A stretch of DNA of 25,586 bases from the UHGV virus genome UHGV-0108017; one strand, given 5' to 3'. Within the stretch, counting starts at the first letter, position 1. Each line of letters opens with the position of its first letter. The stretch comes from a virus. Positions 24,238 to 25,586 of the stretch are shown here, one piece after another. The translations under genes and the position numbers were made by a program. The notes under the pieces were generated by a model, which saw only the letters and a program-made list of their open reading frames with translations, had not been told where the DNA came from and did not search any database.

Positions 24238-25586
24238 ATGACCGGGAAACGCTTAAAGGCGTCTGTCATTATTGACCTTAATGGCAATCTTTCCCGGCGT
24301 TCCCGCCAGTATTCGAACCAGATAAACGCCCTGTCCCGTAGCGGGCAAAGTTCCCTGCGTGCCCTGCGTATGGAGGTTGTGCGCGTTTCTGGTGCCATTG
24401 ACAGAATGGGTTCACTGTCAACCCGTACATTCCGAATGCTGTCAGCCGGGGCGCTGGGTATCGCTGGTGTGGGTTACACCGCCAATAAACTGTTTATTGG
24501 TGCAGCCGCCCAGCGTGAGCAGCAAATTATCGCCATGAACTCGCTGTATCACGGCGATAAGGTCAGAGCGCAGGCCATGATGGCCTGGGCGAAGCAGAAC
24601 GCGAAGGACACCACGTGGGGGCTGAGTGGTGTTCTGGATGAGATCCGTTCGTCGAAAGGCTTCGGCATGACGGATGAACAGACGAAACAGTTCATCACCA
24701 TGTTGCAGGATCAGGGGGCCATGCACGGCTGGGATTTACCCACTGCACAGGGTGCCTCACTGCAACTGAAACAGATGTTTGCCCGCCAGCAAATCACGGC
24801 GGCGGATGCCAACCTGCTGACCGGTTACGGTATCAACGTTTATCAGGCGCTGGCGGATGCAACGGGAACGGACGTTAAAAAAATCCGTGATCTGGGTACA
24901 AAGGGCAAGCTGGGCATGAAATCCATTCTGACGGTATTCAGAACGCTGTCAGAACAGTCAAAAGGTGCACAGGCCAGTGCGATGAACTCCTGGGACGGGA
25001 TGTTCGCCCAGATGGAAGCTAACCTGCTTGAATTTCGCATAAAGGTGGCAAACAGCGGCCCCTTTGAAGAAATCAAGAACGAGATGCGCCGGGTGCTTAA
25101 CTGGCACGACATGGCGGATAAATCCGGGGAACTTGACGCACTGGCAGAAAACATTGGTCAGAAATTTCTGACCACGTTCAGAACGGTAAAAATCGCGGCG
25201 CAGGAATTATGGCGCTGGCTGAAACCGGGTAAAGATGCGCTGGCATGGGTTGACCAGAATATTGTCAGCCTGAAAAAACTGGCTGCTGTTCTGGTGTCTG
25301 TCTGGCTTGCCAATAAAGCCCTGAGAGCAGGCTGGGCTGTGGCAAAACCCTCATGGCAGGTTGCCAGTTATCCGTTTAAAACCGGACGTCGTATGTGGCG
25401 CTGGATGCGGAACCGCAAACGTGGGCAGGCAGGTCTGCCGGTCCCGGATGCCATGACGTCTGAGACGCTGTTGCAGGGTATCGGCATTCAGCGTGTGTTT
25501 GTCATCAACTGGCCCCGTGGATTTGGTGGCTACGGGAGTGGCGGCGGTCGTCGCGGACGGAGCGGCAGAAGAATGGCCCCGCTGTT
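24238..25586 (+). CDS. N: tail tape-measure protein, 5' partial (continues past window end)
   Basis: ATG 24238; open frame with no stop to the window end (about 449 codons); helical Ala/Gln/Leu-rich composition, internal hydrophobic segment, Gly/Arg-rich stretch at the end. Not in the ORF track because it has no stop. Confidence 0.75.
   Translation, partial: MTGKRLKASVIIDLNGNLSRRSRQYSNQINALSRSGQSSLRALRMEVVRVSGAIDRMGSLSTRTFRMLSAGALGIAGVGYTANKLFIGAAAQREQQIIAMNSLYHGDKVRAQAMMAWAKQNAKDTTWGLSGVLDEIRSSKGFGMTDEQTKQFITMLQDQGAMHGWDLPTAQGASLQLKQMFARQQITAADANLLTGYGINVYQALADATGTDVKKIRDLGTKGKLGMKSILTVFRTLSEQSKGAQASAMNSWDGMFAQMEANLLEFRIKVANSGPFEEIKNEMRRVLNWHDMADKSGELDALAENIGQKFLTTFRTVKIAAQELWRWLKPGKDALAWVDQNIVSLKKLAAVLVSVWLANKALRAGWAVAKPSWQVASYPFKTGRRMWRWMRNRKRGQAGLPVPDAMTSETLLQGIGIQRVFVINWPRGFGGYGSGGGRRGRSGRRMAPL

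Larger units (their letters stand above)
50..25586 (+). mobile_element. Mu-like transposable prophage, left end through partial tape-measure gene (right end outside window)
   Basis: Mu gene order c/ner/A/B/early accessory/gam/gemA/mor/C/lys/terminase/portal/F/G/I/T/sheath/tube/tape measure; exact left boundary not resolved (about 30-58). Confidence 0.85.

Noticed and set aside
1-25586. CRISPR arrays, tRNA or rRNA genes
   Set aside because: No regularly spaced direct repeats with spacer-sized intervals, and no tRNA-like cloverleaf candidates were noticed in the few non-coding gaps.
25500-25586. Gly/Arg-rich low-complexity stretch at the end of the window
   Set aside because: It is part of the tape-measure ORF; such flexible segments are common in tape-measure proteins and not an independent feature.

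Overview
This window is the left ~25.5 kb of a Mu-like transposable (transposing) prophage, read from the host junction into the tail genes. Order on the + strand: a left end with three direct copies of a 13-bp motif (attL-like, ~30-240); a leftward repressor gene; an operator region; ner; the DDE transposase A; the AAA+ ATPase B; an early accessory region of about ten small ORFs that includes gam and gemA; mor; a short middle operon ending in C; a lysis cassette (SAR-type endolysin, overlapped spanins); terminase, portal and head genes (F, G, I, T); tail genes (sheath, tube, chaperone); and the 5' part of the tape-measure gene, which runs off the window. Genes are tightly packed with many stop/start overlaps. 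All calls rest on reading the sequence and the supplied ORF translations against remembered Mu biology; no database search was run. No CRISPR array, tRNA or rRNA was seen. I found no clearly novel multi-gene system; the most interesting items are the left-end architecture, a candidate central gyrase site between G and I, a shared motif upstream of two late operons, and uncharacterised early and middle-operon ORFs.
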